DNA of 63,526 nt, the filler included, from Stramenopiles sp. TOSAG23-3 (taxonomy: Eukaryota), in NCBI GenBank assembly GCA_900128585.1. It is 16 parts of 16 records of this genome, joined end to end, with 100 filler letters (N's around TTAATTAATTAA, not from the genome) between each part and the next. Parts side by side here need not be neighbours in the genome. Positions count along the whole stretch, not along the records: positions 43,820 to 47,686 come from LT644043.1; positions 47,787 to 51,650 come from LT644044.1; positions 51,751 to 55,612 come from LT644045.1; positions 55,713 to 59,571 come from LT644046.1; 12 more parts are not named here. One strand, written 5' to 3'. Position 1 is the first letter of the stretch; each line of letters begins with the position of its first letter. Under the pieces are notes generated by a model. That model was not told where the DNA came from, ran no database searches, and worked only from the letters and a program-made list of their open reading frames with translations. The translations under genes and the position numbers were made by a program. Of the stretch, positions 47,020 through 57,049 are shown in pieces.

Positions 47020-47442
47020 ATGAAACATTTTCCACCAAGAAAAAAATATAAAAAAAATTTTTCTAAACATTTAAGTTTTCGTAAAACAACACAAAATAAT
47101 GGTTTAGTTTATGGAAATATTGGTTTACAAGTTGCTGAATACGGAAAAATTTCTCATTTACGCTTGAACGCTTTAAAAAAAATTTTAACTTTTTCATTAC
47201 AACGTAAAGGTAAAATTTGATTACGTGTGTATCCTATGATACCTAAAACAAAAAAGCCTCTTGAAGTACGTATGGGGAAAGGAAAAGGAAATCTTAATTA
47301 TTGAGAAACTACTATTTTCCCAGGAGAAGTTTTATTTGAATTAACAACTGTTGATTCTAAAATTGCTATAAATGGACTAAAACAAGTAATGAAACGTTTA
47401 GGTCTTAAATCTCGTATTATATATAAATATGATCAACTCTAA
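47020..47442 (+). CDS. rpl16: Mitochondrial ribosomal protein L16
   Basis: GKI[TGA]LRVYP...TKKPLEVRMGKGKG...PGEVLFE. Confidence 0.96.
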
Positions 47443-47686
47443 TATTATTTTAACAAAACACCAATATACTACATTATTACCACAAAAATCATTTTTTGTA
47501 CAAAAATTATTAAATAAAAAAAAAAATTCAATTATAAAATCTCAGTTAAATAAAGCTGAATTTATTTATTCAAAATCAAAAAAGGATAGATTTAAAGAAA
47601 TTTCAAAATTAACTTCTGTTAAATCTTTAAAGCCTTCTATTACAAATAAATATTTTAAAATTAAATTATTTGGGTTCGAATCCCAT
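47429..47686 (+). CDS. Mitochondrial ORF overlapping rpl16 by 14 nt, possibly rps10 with N-terminal extension; 3' partial
   Basis: Lys-rich ORF ending KIKLFGFESH, similar to the S10 start IRIRLKSFDH; truncated before it can be confirmed. Confidence 0.45.
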
Positions 47687-47787
47687 NNNNNNNNNNNNNN
47701 NNNNNNNNNNNNNNNNNNNNNNNNNNNNNNTTAATTAATTAANNNNNNNNNNNNNNNNNNNNNNNNNNNNNNNNNNNNNNNNNNNNC

Positions 47788-50700
47788 GGGAGGAGTGCGG
47801 GGGGCGGGGGGCAGCAGAGGGTCGTCTACAACCTGCAGCGGCTGCAAGCGTTGTACCAGGACTTGGCCGAGCTGACGTGGTTCGAAAAGTCGCAGAACAT
47901 TCACATCACCAACAGCAACCGCCACCAGGTGGTGGAAATCCTTCGCGCGATATCGGAGTTGATCGTGTACGGGGCGCAGGGCCCCGACTGCGAGCGGATC
48001 TTCGACTATTTCTGTGAGAAGAACATGCTGTCGATATTCACCCGGATGCTGGCCGCGAGGCCCGGGTGCGGGGACTCCGTGAAGCGGCAGATCATCCAGA
48101 CCATGTCCATCTTGGTGCAGAACATCTCGAACGACACGTACTTTTACTACCTGCTCTCGAACAACCACATAAACGAGATCATATCCCACCCGTTCGACCT
48201 GTCGAACGAGGACGTCTTGGCGCACTACGTGTCCTTTTTGAAAATGCTGTCCCTGAAGTTGAACACGAACACCGTCCAGTTCTTTTTCAACCACGCCACC
48301 GAGAGCTTCCCGCTCTTCACCGAAGCGAGCAAGCTTATAGTCCACCCGGAGAACATGGTGCGGACCCACATTCGAAACCTGACGCTGAACGTGTACCGCG
48401 TCGCCGCGTCGGAGGGGAACGTGCGCGAGTACTTGCGGACCAACAGCAACGGCTTTGTGGTCTTGGAGAAGCTCGCCTACTGGCTGAGGGACCAGAGCAA
48501 CATTTTGGGGCGGTTTTTGCAAGTCAACGGGGGCACGATCATGGCCGGCAGCCACTCCCCGGAAAGGATCAAGGAAATGGCGAACGACGTCATCGACGAA
48601 ATATACTACATCCAGGACGTCTTCAGCACCAACATACCGGGGGTGCAGGCGAAGCTGTCCGACTCCATGCTGGAGAACGTCTACTTTCCGGTGCTGATCG
48701 ACGGCCTCCGGAACATTCACAGCAACGGGGGCGGGGAAGTCGACGGGAAGAGCTGGGGACCGGACTGCTGCGTCGACGGGGACGAGGCGGGCGCGCACGG
48801 CCGCGGGGCGATGGGGTCCCTCTTGGCCATGTTTTTGTTGACCCAAAGCCTGTTGGTGCTCAACAGCAAGCGGCTCAGCAGCGCCATCGCCGCGGCCACG
48901 ATAGGGCTGGAGCCCGTTCGGCTCGTGGACTGGATCGTGGGGGCCAAGAGCAGCGGCGGCGGCGTGCACGGCGGCGGCGCCGCCGGCGGTGGCCCCAACG
49001 GCCGGGCCCTCCTGTCCACCGCGTGGCAGGCCCCGCCGCCGCTTCGATTGGGGCGAGGGCAGGCGATCGACTTCGCGGGGGGGGCCCACTGCAAGAACCC
49101 CTCCCGGCGGGCCCTGTTCGGCCACCTGTGCTCGGGAGACGACAGGCACGTCTTGCTCTCCCTCTGTTTTTTGAACGCCCTGATGAAAAGCACGGCCGTG
49201 AACCAGTCGATCATACGGCGCGCGGGCCTTGTGTCGCGGTCCAAAGCTACGGAGCACTCGCTCTTGGACGAGCTCATGGACGACAAGGGGGATGCCCGCG
49301 CCACGAGTTTGGGGGATCGTTCGGGCCGCAACGGAAACGACAGCAGCATTTTCGACGACAAAGAGGACACCATTGTACATACCCCGCCGTCGCTGAAGCA
49401 GGTCTTCGGGTCGTCCAGTATTAGCAGCGTGGACGGCCTGGTCGGGGAGGAGGAGAATGTGGAAGAGGACGGTGGGAAAGGGGAGGGGGAGGGCGCCAAG
49501 GAGGGAGGGGGGGAGGGAGTTGCAGGGGTTGCAGGGGAGGATGCGGGGGTTGCAGGGGAGGAGGAGGACGCGGGAGTTGCAGACGGGGAGGGGCACGTCA
49601 CGGAAGAGACCGCCACAGGACCGGCAGCGTCGGAGGCCGCGATGCAGGCCATTTTGGGCGAGGTGATCGACCGAATCCCGGATGTAATTACAGAGCAGAC
49701 GGTCAAGCGGACCATCGACGACCTCGTGGAAAAGGCCGTCGACGTTGGAGAGTTGCCCGCATCGCCGCCTGCGCCCGAAGCGCCCAGCGTGCCCTCGCCG
49801 CCGCAGGCGCGCGAGACCATTCCCGGCGAGAACGGCCCTGGGGTTCGCCTTTTCATTCTGTCGTCGCCCGGACCACGATTTCAAGAGAGCTGGGGCCCCG
49901 ACCCGCAGCTTCCCGAAGGCTGGACGTTTGTCGGCACGTTCGCGTCCGGCAACGAGGCGTTGCCGTCCGAAACGCAGTGGGCCTCGGACGGGGGTGCCAA
50001 CGTGGAGGAGGCGAGGGCCCGGCTGATCCGGTACTACAAAAACTTGGTGTTGAACGAATGCATCAAGACCTTTGCCGTGTACGACCAGGCCCCCGCCGGC
50101 GTCGGGGGCGGCCCTGCCCGCCCACCGGCGTTTGATTTTGAGAGAATGGGGTTCCCCGCAGGAATTCAGGCCGCGGAAGAGACCATAGAGTACCCAGTCG
50201 GCATCGTGGGCGCGCTCATCACCGCCCTGTACAACGTTGCAAGCAGGCCAGGGCTGACCCGAATCATTACCCTCCGCAGCCTGATCGCCACCCTTACGGA
50301 CTTTGTCTCACCCCAAAGCGGGCCGCGGGGAGACGGGAAGCCGGCGGCGGCCGGGGAGGAGGCCGCCACGAACGCGGAGAATAGTGACCGCGCGGACGGG
50401 ACGTGCTTCCTGCCAAGGCACGCTTTGCTTTTGGAAACCGCGTTGGAGCGGTGCGGCAAAGGGCTGCGCACGGTGCTGGAGCAATTCGGCACGCTGCAGC
50501 GGCAGAAAAACATATTCGTCGAGCTTTTTCACGCCGAGCTGAACAGCCGCCAGAGGGACACTATGCCGCTGGACCTCTTGAGCGGCCGGAGCTCGATCCT
50601 GCTCCCCGTTCCAAAGGGCGCAAAGTCCGGCGTTGACATGGAGAGCAGGCTGCCGCTGGGGGAGGCGGAGTCCGTTCGCTGGTGCCTGCGCACGTATTTT

Positions 50701-51543
50701 ATCGTGCGAAAGTTTTTGTACGGTACCCTGAAAGGCGAGGCCGACGTTTCTATGCAGGGGGTGCTAGAGCTGTTTCAAGGGAGCGTCCAGTGCTCCAGCA
50801 ATCGGCCGCAGCAGGAGGTGGTCGACTTTGCAGCAGTGGAGTACGTCCCGTGCCGCTTGCCCGCGGACCCTACGAGCGGGCCCCGGGACATTTTTTTCGT
50901 CCTTCAGGACAATTTCTTGGCAGTAGCGGAGCCGGTGGACGTCAAGCCTTCCCAGAGCCCTACAGTGCTGAGCTGCCTCATCACCCCCATTCGCTCCGTC
51001 GAGTCCGTCAGCGTCGACCACAACGACTCTCGAATTCTGCGAATTACCTTTCGCTCTCACCTCCTGGTCGTCAGCGGCGCCAGGCGGGGCTCTACCCCTT
51101 CGACGCCCACTGGCGGCAGAATCAGGAGCAGCAGCGTTTCCAGCGGAACCCAGTGGCACCTCACGTGCTCGTTCGAATCGCTTGAAAACTGCGAATGGGT
51201 CCGTGAAAAGTTAGAGGCAGCCACGATGTACTTGCGGACGGCCAAAATGCACAAGATCAGGGACCTGCTTGGCCTTGAGAAGCTCCTGGATCCGGCCAAG
51301 GCCGGCGCGGACGGGCCTGCGACGCCCAAACGCCCCGTCGACAGGGACGGTAGCAACGGGGCCACCCCGACAAAGCAGGTCGGCAGCGACGACGCCCAGC
51401 CGAACAGTTCCCCAACGAAGCAGAACGCTTTCCAGCACTTGCTGTCTATGGGGTTTACGGAGGAAGAACACGGCCTGAGGGAGTTGCTGGAGCGCCACGA
51501 CGGAAGAGTCGAGGCAGTGGTAGAGTTTTTGGTCAATAAGTGA
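47788..51543 (+). CDS. CLEC16A/TT9-like (FPL domain) protein with C-terminal PH-like and UBA domains; 5' partial
   Basis: VEILRAISELIVYG, FDYFCEKNML, YYLLSNNHINEII, YVSFLKMLSLKLN, FPLFTEA, MVRTHIRNLTLNVY; tail LLSMGF...LLERHDGRVEAVVEFL. Confidence 0.9.
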   Translation, partial: GRSAGGGGQQRVVYNLQRLQALYQDLAELTWFEKSQNIHITNSNRHQVVEILRAISELIVYGAQGPDCERIFDYFCEKNMLSIFTRMLAARPGCGDSVKRQIIQTMSILVQNISNDTYFYYLLSNNHINEIISHPFDLSNEDVLAHYVSFLKMLSLKLNTNTVQFFFNHATESFPLFTEASKLIVHPENMVRTHIRNLTLNVYRVAASEGNVREYLRTNSNGFVVLEKLAYWLRDQSNILGRFLQVNGGTIMAGSHSPERIKEMANDVIDEIYYIQDVFSTNIPGVQAKLSDSMLENVYFPVLIDGLRNIHSNGGGEVDGKSWGPDCCVDGDEAGAHGRGAMGSLLAMFLLTQSLLVLNSKRLSSAIAAATIGLEPVRLVDWIVGAKSSGGGVHGGGAAGGGPNGRALLSTAWQAPPPLRLGRGQAIDFAGGAHCKNPSRRALFGHLCSGDDRHVLLSLCFLNALMKSTAVNQSIIRRAGLVSRSKATEHSLLDELMDDKGDARATSLGDRSGRNGNDSSIFDDKEDTIVHTPPSLKQVFGSSSISSVDGLVGEEENVEEDGGKGEGEGAKEGGGEGVAGVAGEDAGVAGEEEDAGVADGEGHVTEETATGPAASEAAMQAILGEVIDRIPDVITEQTVKRTIDDLVEKAVDVGELPASPPAPEAPSVPSPPQARETIPGENGPGVRLFILSSPGPRFQESWGPDPQLPEGWTFVGTFASGNEALPSETQWASDGGANVEEARARLIRYYKNLVLNECIKTFAVYDQAPAGVGGGPARPPAFDFERMGFPAGIQAAEETIEYPVGIVGALITALYNVASRPGLTRIITLRSLIATLTDFVSPQSGPRGDGKPAAAGEEAATNAENSDRADGTCFLPRHALLLETALERCGKGLRTVLEQFGTLQRQKNIFVELFHAELNSRQRDTMPLDLLSGRSSILLPVPKGAKSGVDMESRLPLGEAESVRWCLRTYFIVRKFLYGTLKGEADVSMQGVLELFQGSVQCSSNRPQQEVVDFAAVEYVPCRLPADPTSGPRDIFFVLQDNFLAVAEPVDVKPSQSPTVLSCLITPIRSVESVSVDHNDSRILRITFRSHLLVVSGARRGSTPSTPTGGRIRSSSVSSGTQWHLTCSFESLENCEWVREKLEAATMYLRTAKMHKIRDLLGLEKLLDPAKAGADGPATPKRPVDRDGSNGATPTKQVGSDDAQPNSSPTKQNAFQHLLSMGFTEEEHGLRELLERHDGRVEAVVEFLVNK

Positions 51544-51964
51544 AGAGGGACAGATATGTCTCTTGTACATTTTAAATATTTGTATCATACTGAAGAAAGT
51601 TTAAAAACGCACATTTTTTTAATTACACGCGCGTAAATGCATTTTTGTTTNNNNNNNNNNNNNNNNNNNNNNNNNNNNNNNNNNNNNNNNNNNNTTAATT
51701 AATTAANNNNNNNNNNNNNNNNNNNNNNNNNNNNNNNNNNNNNNNNNNNNATTATTATTATTCTCTAATAATTATTTAACTGTTTAATCCGGAATACGTA
51801 TACATAAAGAAGGATAAGTTTTTGTATATACGTATATATGTTCTATATGTAGTGTGCGGTTCCGAGTTTTGTTTGTATATATATTGTCTTTTCTTGTGGA
51901 CAACGAACGTTTCTTTGCTGTGCGCTTGCTTGTCTACGGGGTATACTTTGTGTAGAAGCTTGCG

Positions 51965-53731
51965 ATGGACGACTATTGTCCTCCGGGAAAGTTGCCGAAG
52001 GGGTTGACAAAAGAGGAAAGGCGAAAGCTGAAGAAATTGAGAAAGAAACGGGAGAAAAAGTTAAAGAAAGAGGGTGTTAGTGTGGACGCGGGTGGGGTTT
52101 TCAAAGACATTTACGGGAACGATGCAAAGCCTGAAATTTCACTGACGGGCTCGTCTCAGTCGGTGAAATATGACGATGCGAGGGACCTGGTTCGGTGGGC
52201 AATAACGGAACAGGTGATTTCCCCGAAATGGATGTTTCTCAAAAATAAACCTTTGGTGTCGCAGGTCGTGTTAGCCCTCGTCCCTAGATTTGAGCCTGGG
52301 GATTTGCTCAAGTTTGGGGAAGTGGATTTGCCGTTCTTGACGTCGCTTCCCCGAGCCTCTGCAAGGGTCAACAATAGGAACGGTAGGCCTACTGAAACAG
52401 CAGTCCAAAAGCTCCTTTTCTGTACCGTTCCAAACCACCAACGAAAAGAGCAGGCTGGGGGCAGTAGTCGTGAACCGCCGCCCAAAACTGATGTACATAA
52501 ATCTAGTGTAGGAAATAAACGAAAACGTGAGGAGCAGGAAAGGGTATACGACGGGGCCGATGGCAAGGGGGGCGTTGATTTTTCCCAGTACTTGTTGCCG
52601 GAATCCTTGCGTGCGGAGCTTGGTTACCCGATGGAAAGCACGCACCTCGCAACAGCCTCCCGGGGTAGGAGTGACCAAGAAGAGGACGGTGAAATCGTGG
52701 ACCTGCGCGATTCGTATACCAAAACACCGCCACCGAGCTCTGGCGATGCAGCACAACAATACAGGTACCTTGGCTTAGACTGCGAAATGTGCCGGACCGA
52801 GAACGGGCTGGAGCTTGCGCGCATCACAGTGGTGGACCACCAGTACAAAGTAGTGTACGACAAGCTCGTGAAACCAAAAAACAAAATAATCGATTACTGC
52901 ACCCAGTACAGCGGAATTACGTGCGAAATGCTTGCCAATGTTACCACGTCGCTGCGGGAGGTTCGTGACGATTTGTTCGAAACAAAAGTGTTGACCAGTG
53001 ACACGATCTTGGTTGGGCATGGGCTGGAGAACGACTTGCAGGCCTTGCGCCTCGTGCACGACCGTGTAGTTGACACAACAATACTGTTTCCCCACTTTCG
53101 CGGTCTCCCCGTTAAGAATTCTCTCAAATACTTGACGCACAAATTTTTAAACCGGAAAATTCAAAGTGGTCACGGGGTTTCTGGTGGCGGTCACGATAGC
53201 GGAGAAGACGCGATCGCGGCGCTAGAGCTGGCTGTTTTGAAATCCTCGAATGGTCCCGCCTTTGGCCTCCCCCACAAGGTTGGCTCCCACCTTTTCAAGG
53301 TGCTTGCGGAGAATAAACCAGACCCTAAGCTGTGTGCGTGCGTTGGGGAAATGGGCTTCGTGAAACGGCATTCTCGAGGAGAGACCCATGCAATGCCGTG
53401 TGTTAACAATGCTGACATTGCGTCTAGGTTAAAAAAGCTAGTTAGTGACACTGGCGAAAGGCGGAGGGATTTTATATTTGCCAGGTTCATGTATGGGGAT
53501 GAGGATAGCCGTTGCGATTGTTCGACAATGGACTCCATCTTGTCAGAATTGCAACAATCCATGGACAGGAGTATACTATTTATTATTGTTCTACAGGGCC
53601 AGAATGGAGGGTCAATCTTGCTTTCTATGGGAGGGAAAGAAGGCGACGGTGCTCACCGCCCAAGCCCTACGTCAGCATTTGCCCAGAAATTTCGTACTAC
53701 CAAGCCGATAAGAAGCTACTCCCTGCTGTAA
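51965..53731 (+). CDS. DEDDh RNA exonuclease, REX1/REXO5-like
   Basis: LGLDCEMC, ILVGHGLENDLQAL, VVDT, GHDSGEDA. Confidence 0.92.
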   Translation: MDDYCPPGKLPKGLTKEERRKLKKLRKKREKKLKKEGVSVDAGGVFKDIYGNDAKPEISLTGSSQSVKYDDARDLVRWAITEQVISPKWMFLKNKPLVSQVVLALVPRFEPGDLLKFGEVDLPFLTSLPRASARVNNRNGRPTETAVQKLLFCTVPNHQRKEQAGGSSREPPPKTDVHKSSVGNKRKREEQERVYDGADGKGGVDFSQYLLPESLRAELGYPMESTHLATASRGRSDQEEDGEIVDLRDSYTKTPPPSSGDAAQQYRYLGLDCEMCRTENGLELARITVVDHQYKVVYDKLVKPKNKIIDYCTQYSGITCEMLANVTTSLREVRDDLFETKVLTSDTILVGHGLENDLQALRLVHDRVVDTTILFPHFRGLPVKNSLKYLTHKFLNRKIQSGHGVSGGGHDSGEDAIAALELAVLKSSNGPAFGLPHKVGSHLFKVLAENKPDPKLCACVGEMGFVKRHSRGETHAMPCVNNADIASRLKKLVSDTGERRRDFIFARFMYGDEDSRCDCSTMDSILSELQQSMDRSILFIIVLQGQNGGSILLSMGGKEGDGAHRPSPTSAFAQKFRTTKPIRSYSLL

Positions 53732-53817
53732 TTTTGTCAAGGGAATGATCTGTCTTTCATCTGCAAAATTTTTAACCAAATATACAGGGAATTAGCACAT
53801 TAATGAGAGTGTTTTTA

Positions 53818-53951
53818 TTTTAAAAACAAGAAAAAAATTGGCTGTTATTTAAGTAATTAAATTTAGCTTCCTCATACCCTAAATCTCCTTATTTTTTCAT
53901 GAAAAAAAATGCTTAATTTCTTAAATAACAGCCAATTTTCTTGTTTTAAAA
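53818..53951. mobile_element. Family A element, shortest complete copy, about 40-bp TIRs
   Basis: TTTTAAAAACAAGAAAAAAATTGGCTGTTATTTAAGTAATTAA ... TTAATTTCTTAAATAACAGCCAATTTTCTTGTTTTAAAA, between convergent genes. Confidence 0.8.
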
Positions 53952-54025
53952 AATGCTTTAACTTATTTTTATAATACCTAGGCTGCTCCCCTCATCTACA
54001 ATCTACAACCGAACTTTTACTAAAT

Positions 54026-55288
54026 TCAGATACCAATCCCCCCCCATCCAGCAGGTGGTGGAACCCAATGGTTTTGTTTAAACTGAATATGTTTTGGGGC
54101 ATTCGCAGAATTATATTTCACGCTGTTCCTTCTATTAACTTCCTTGGTGTTCAGTGGTAACTGAAGCGCATCTGCTAGCTCTTGATAATCAATATCTCCA
54201 TCTCCGTTCTTATCGATCATATCTAAAAAGGCTTTTTGGGCACTCTCGGGCAAGCCAACCCCCATTCGCGTCAACGCTGAATTAATCTCTTCGCGATCCA
54301 GCGATCCATCTCCGTTTTTATCGACTGCATCACAAAAGTCTGCCATGTTGGTAACCTTTTTGCCAAACAGACTCCGTCCTTGAATGATTGACTTTTTTAT
54401 TACAAATAGTGTTTGTCTTCTACTTTTTTTTTTGGCGCCGATTGCCTTTCTCCGTATGAACTGCTTCACTTTTTTCAGCGGGTCCGCAATACGATCGTGC
54501 ATTGCCATTTCCCGGCGCATTTCAGAATCATAATTCGTTTTAACGTTAGGGAGTCTCATTTTCTGAAAATATGTTCGATTCTTTATGTCGTCCTCCGTTA
54601 CCAGCACGCGAGGAGAGTGTCGCCCATGCCTCTTCAGCGTAGTATCCCACGGCTGCACCTGTTCTTGAGGCAAAAATCTACGAACATGGTTGATCATCGA
54701 CTGAGAAGTTTGGAGTTGCAGCGTCTTTTGAACTTGTGCACGCGCGTATTCGATTCCTTTGCGCGTCGATGCGTTTTTTACAGTGCTGCCGACATGGGTT
54801 GCCCGACGAGGACTGCTGTCTGCTTTCACCGATTTCGGCCCAGGCGGTCTACTAGCCTCAAACAACTTTTGCAATACTTCCTGCTGTTCCTTCGTCATAT
54901 TCTCAAATTCTATGCCAGCTTTTGATGCCCTTCGCTCCATCTTGAGTTCTTTTATATCGCCAATTTTTGCCAAGCTCTCGCTCAAAGCCAGGCTAGTAAT
55001 TACCGGGGTACTTTTCCTCCGAATCAACCGTCTGTCCTGTCCATTACTTTCCGGATGCGGCAATATTGTTAGGTCCGGTGACGAACTTAAATCCCAATTC
55101 GGGTTGTTGCTTTCCTGACGCACGCCCACATTGCCAACCTCCTGGACATCCACTATCGTTTTTTCAATATCTTCCCTGTTGTCACGCCACGAAACTCCCT
55201 CGTCGTAAGTGCCAACGACCAATTCATCCGCATACGTGTTTGTTCTTGGAGAGTCGGCAGGAGGGGAAGAAATCTTCCTCTTCGCCAT
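54026..55288 (-). CDS. EF-hand pair protein
   Basis: DKNGDGSLDREE and DKNGDGDIDYQE. Confidence 0.85.
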   Translation of the reverse strand: MAKRKISSPPADSPRTNTYADELVVGTYDEGVSWRDNREDIEKTIVDVQEVGNVGVRQESNNPNWDLSSSPDLTILPHPESNGQDRRLIRRKSTPVITSLALSESLAKIGDIKELKMERRASKAGIEFENMTKEQQEVLQKLFEASRPPGPKSVKADSSPRRATHVGSTVKNASTRKGIEYARAQVQKTLQLQTSQSMINHVRRFLPQEQVQPWDTTLKRHGRHSPRVLVTEDDIKNRTYFQKMRLPNVKTNYDSEMRREMAMHDRIADPLKKVKQFIRRKAIGAKKKSRRQTLFVIKKSIIQGRSLFGKKVTNMADFCDAVDKNGDGSLDREEINSALTRMGVGLPESAQKAFLDMIDKNGDGDIDYQELADALQLPLNTKEVNRRNSVKYNSANAPKHIQFKQNHWVPPPAGWGGIGI

Positions 55289-55712
55289 TATGTAGTTTGA
55301 TATGCTGATTGAGGAGATACCAAATACAGATAAAAACAGATCCAACGCCAAAATAAAAATCACAGAATCCCTATTGAAAAAAACCGGGTTCCAAAGTATT
55401 TATGTTCAACTCATTCATATGTGTCTCTGTGTCCATGACTCTTAAAGAAGTCCTTTTTTTCTTCTCGTCTGCTTTTTTTAATATATAAATAAAGAGATGA
55501 TTTTTCTATTTCTCTTGCGAATAATTAGAAGTGTTGTTTTTTTTTGTTGTTAAGTTCATGTTGTTATTAATAATAAATTTGTAATTTTCTTAATATTAAA
55601 AATATAAGTGAANNNNNNNNNNNNNNNNNNNNNNNNNNNNNNNNNNNNNNNNNNNNTTAATTAATTAANNNNNNNNNNNNNNNNNNNNNNNNNNNNNNNN
55701 NNNNNNNNNNNN

Positions 55713-56414
55713 GGCTACGATTCGACTGTAAAGGTGTGGGGCATTGAAACCGGTGCCTGCAAAACCTCCATACGCACCGACCAGTTGCCGTATGACGCAG
55801 CGTTCAGTCCTACTGAGCCTCACGTGATATTGGTGGCCAGCAAATCGAAGAAAATAATTCAGTACGACACGCGCATTAGCTCTGACGGGGGGAAAAATAT
55901 TGTGCAAGAGTACGATCACCATTTAGACAGTGTCAACACCGTTACATTTTACGACCAAGGGAGAAAGTTTATGACGACATCGGACGACAAGCGCATTCTG
56001 TGCTGGGAGTACGGAGTTCCGACACCAATCAAATACATAGCAGAGCCAAACATGCACACGGTGCCTGCTGTTTCCTCCCATCCGTCAGGAGCGTTTTTGG
56101 CGGGGCAATCGTTAGACAACACAATCTTAACCTTCGATACACGCAAGAATTTTTCCATGTCGAAGAAGCGCATATTCAGGGGGCACATGGTTGCTGGGTA
56201 CTCTTGCCAAGTGAACTTCTCGCCCAATGGGCAATATTTGATAAGCGGGGATGGGCAGGGTAAGTTGTGCTTTTGGGACTGGAATAGTACGAAATCGCTC
56301 GGCAAGAAAAATGCCCACAGCAACGGGCCGTGTATTGGTGCCGTGTGGCACCCAAGGAGCAGTAGCATGATTGCAACTTGTGGGTGGGACTCCACCATAA
56401 AGTTATGGGAGTGA
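55713..56414 (+). CDS. CDC40: Pre-mRNA processing factor 17 (WD40); 5' partial
   Basis: VQEYDHHLDSVNTVTF, TSDDK, IKYIAEPNMH, QSLDN, FRGHMVAGYSCQVNFSPNG, TCGWDSTIKLWE. Confidence 0.95.
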   Translation, partial: GYDSTVKVWGIETGACKTSIRTDQLPYDAAFSPTEPHVILVASKSKKIIQYDTRISSDGGKNIVQEYDHHLDSVNTVTFYDQGRKFMTTSDDKRILCWEYGVPTPIKYIAEPNMHTVPAVSSHPSGAFLAGQSLDNTILTFDTRKNFSMSKKRIFRGHMVAGYSCQVNFSPNGQYLISGDGQGKLCFWDWNSTKSLGKKNAHSNGPCIGAVWHPRSSSMIATCGWDSTIKLWE

Positions 56415-56448
56415 GTAAAGCTAGGTCTAAAGAATTAAAATAAAAATG

Positions 56449-56764
56449 TTAAAACAAGAAAATTGGCTGTTATTTAAGTAAATTAAATGTACTGCGAACT
56501 GAAAACTGAAAACTGAAATCTAGAATTGGATATTTTATTAAACATTATTTCATTGAGCAGTACCACAGACAACGAGCCCCTTTAAAACTATTTATGCCGC
56601 AGCTGTGTACTTTTAAGACCAATCAATTGGAATCTTGACCAGAACTTGGGAGGATCTGCAATAGGAGGAGATATAATATTGTTCTTGAACTGACACCTTC
56701 TTTTTTCTTTTTATATATATTTTAATTACTCTACTAAATAACATAGCCAATTTTTTGTTTTTAA
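56449..56764. mobile_element. Family A element, complete long variant (about 316 bp)
   Basis: Left TIR TTAAAACAAGAAAATTGGCTGTTATTTAAGTAAATTAAA; right TIR TTTAATTACT...AAATAACATAGCCAATTTTTTGTTTTTAA; interior shared with 23935 and 5968. Confidence 0.8.
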
Positions 56765-57049
56765 ACATTATTAGTGTCTTCTACACTACTTTTACATGAA
56801 GAAGAAAAAATATGAATGAGAAGGAAAAAAAAAGAATATATAATTGCTTTAAAAAAAAATAAGAAGAAGTGGTTCACTCAAAAACTAAAACACAAATGAC
56901 GGCGAACGATTGCTTTCGTAATATAATGATTTTTTTTTCCGTATTATTTTTCTCAGAGATAATCGTAGATAATATGACATAGAAATGATGTTTTTCTGCC
57001 TTTGAACCGTGCCGTCCTTTTGATCATCTACAGCTGCCGACTACTACTT

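Noticed and set aside
43984..47304. In-frame TGA as selenocysteine or pseudogene stops
   Set aside because: They fall at conserved Trp positions throughout, consistent with genetic code 4.
47731..49884. 717-aa minus-strand ORF and other long antisense ORFs (42526-43620, 13641-14585, 20330-21205)
   Set aside because: Shadow or alternate frames of GC-rich genuine genes, with no motifs.
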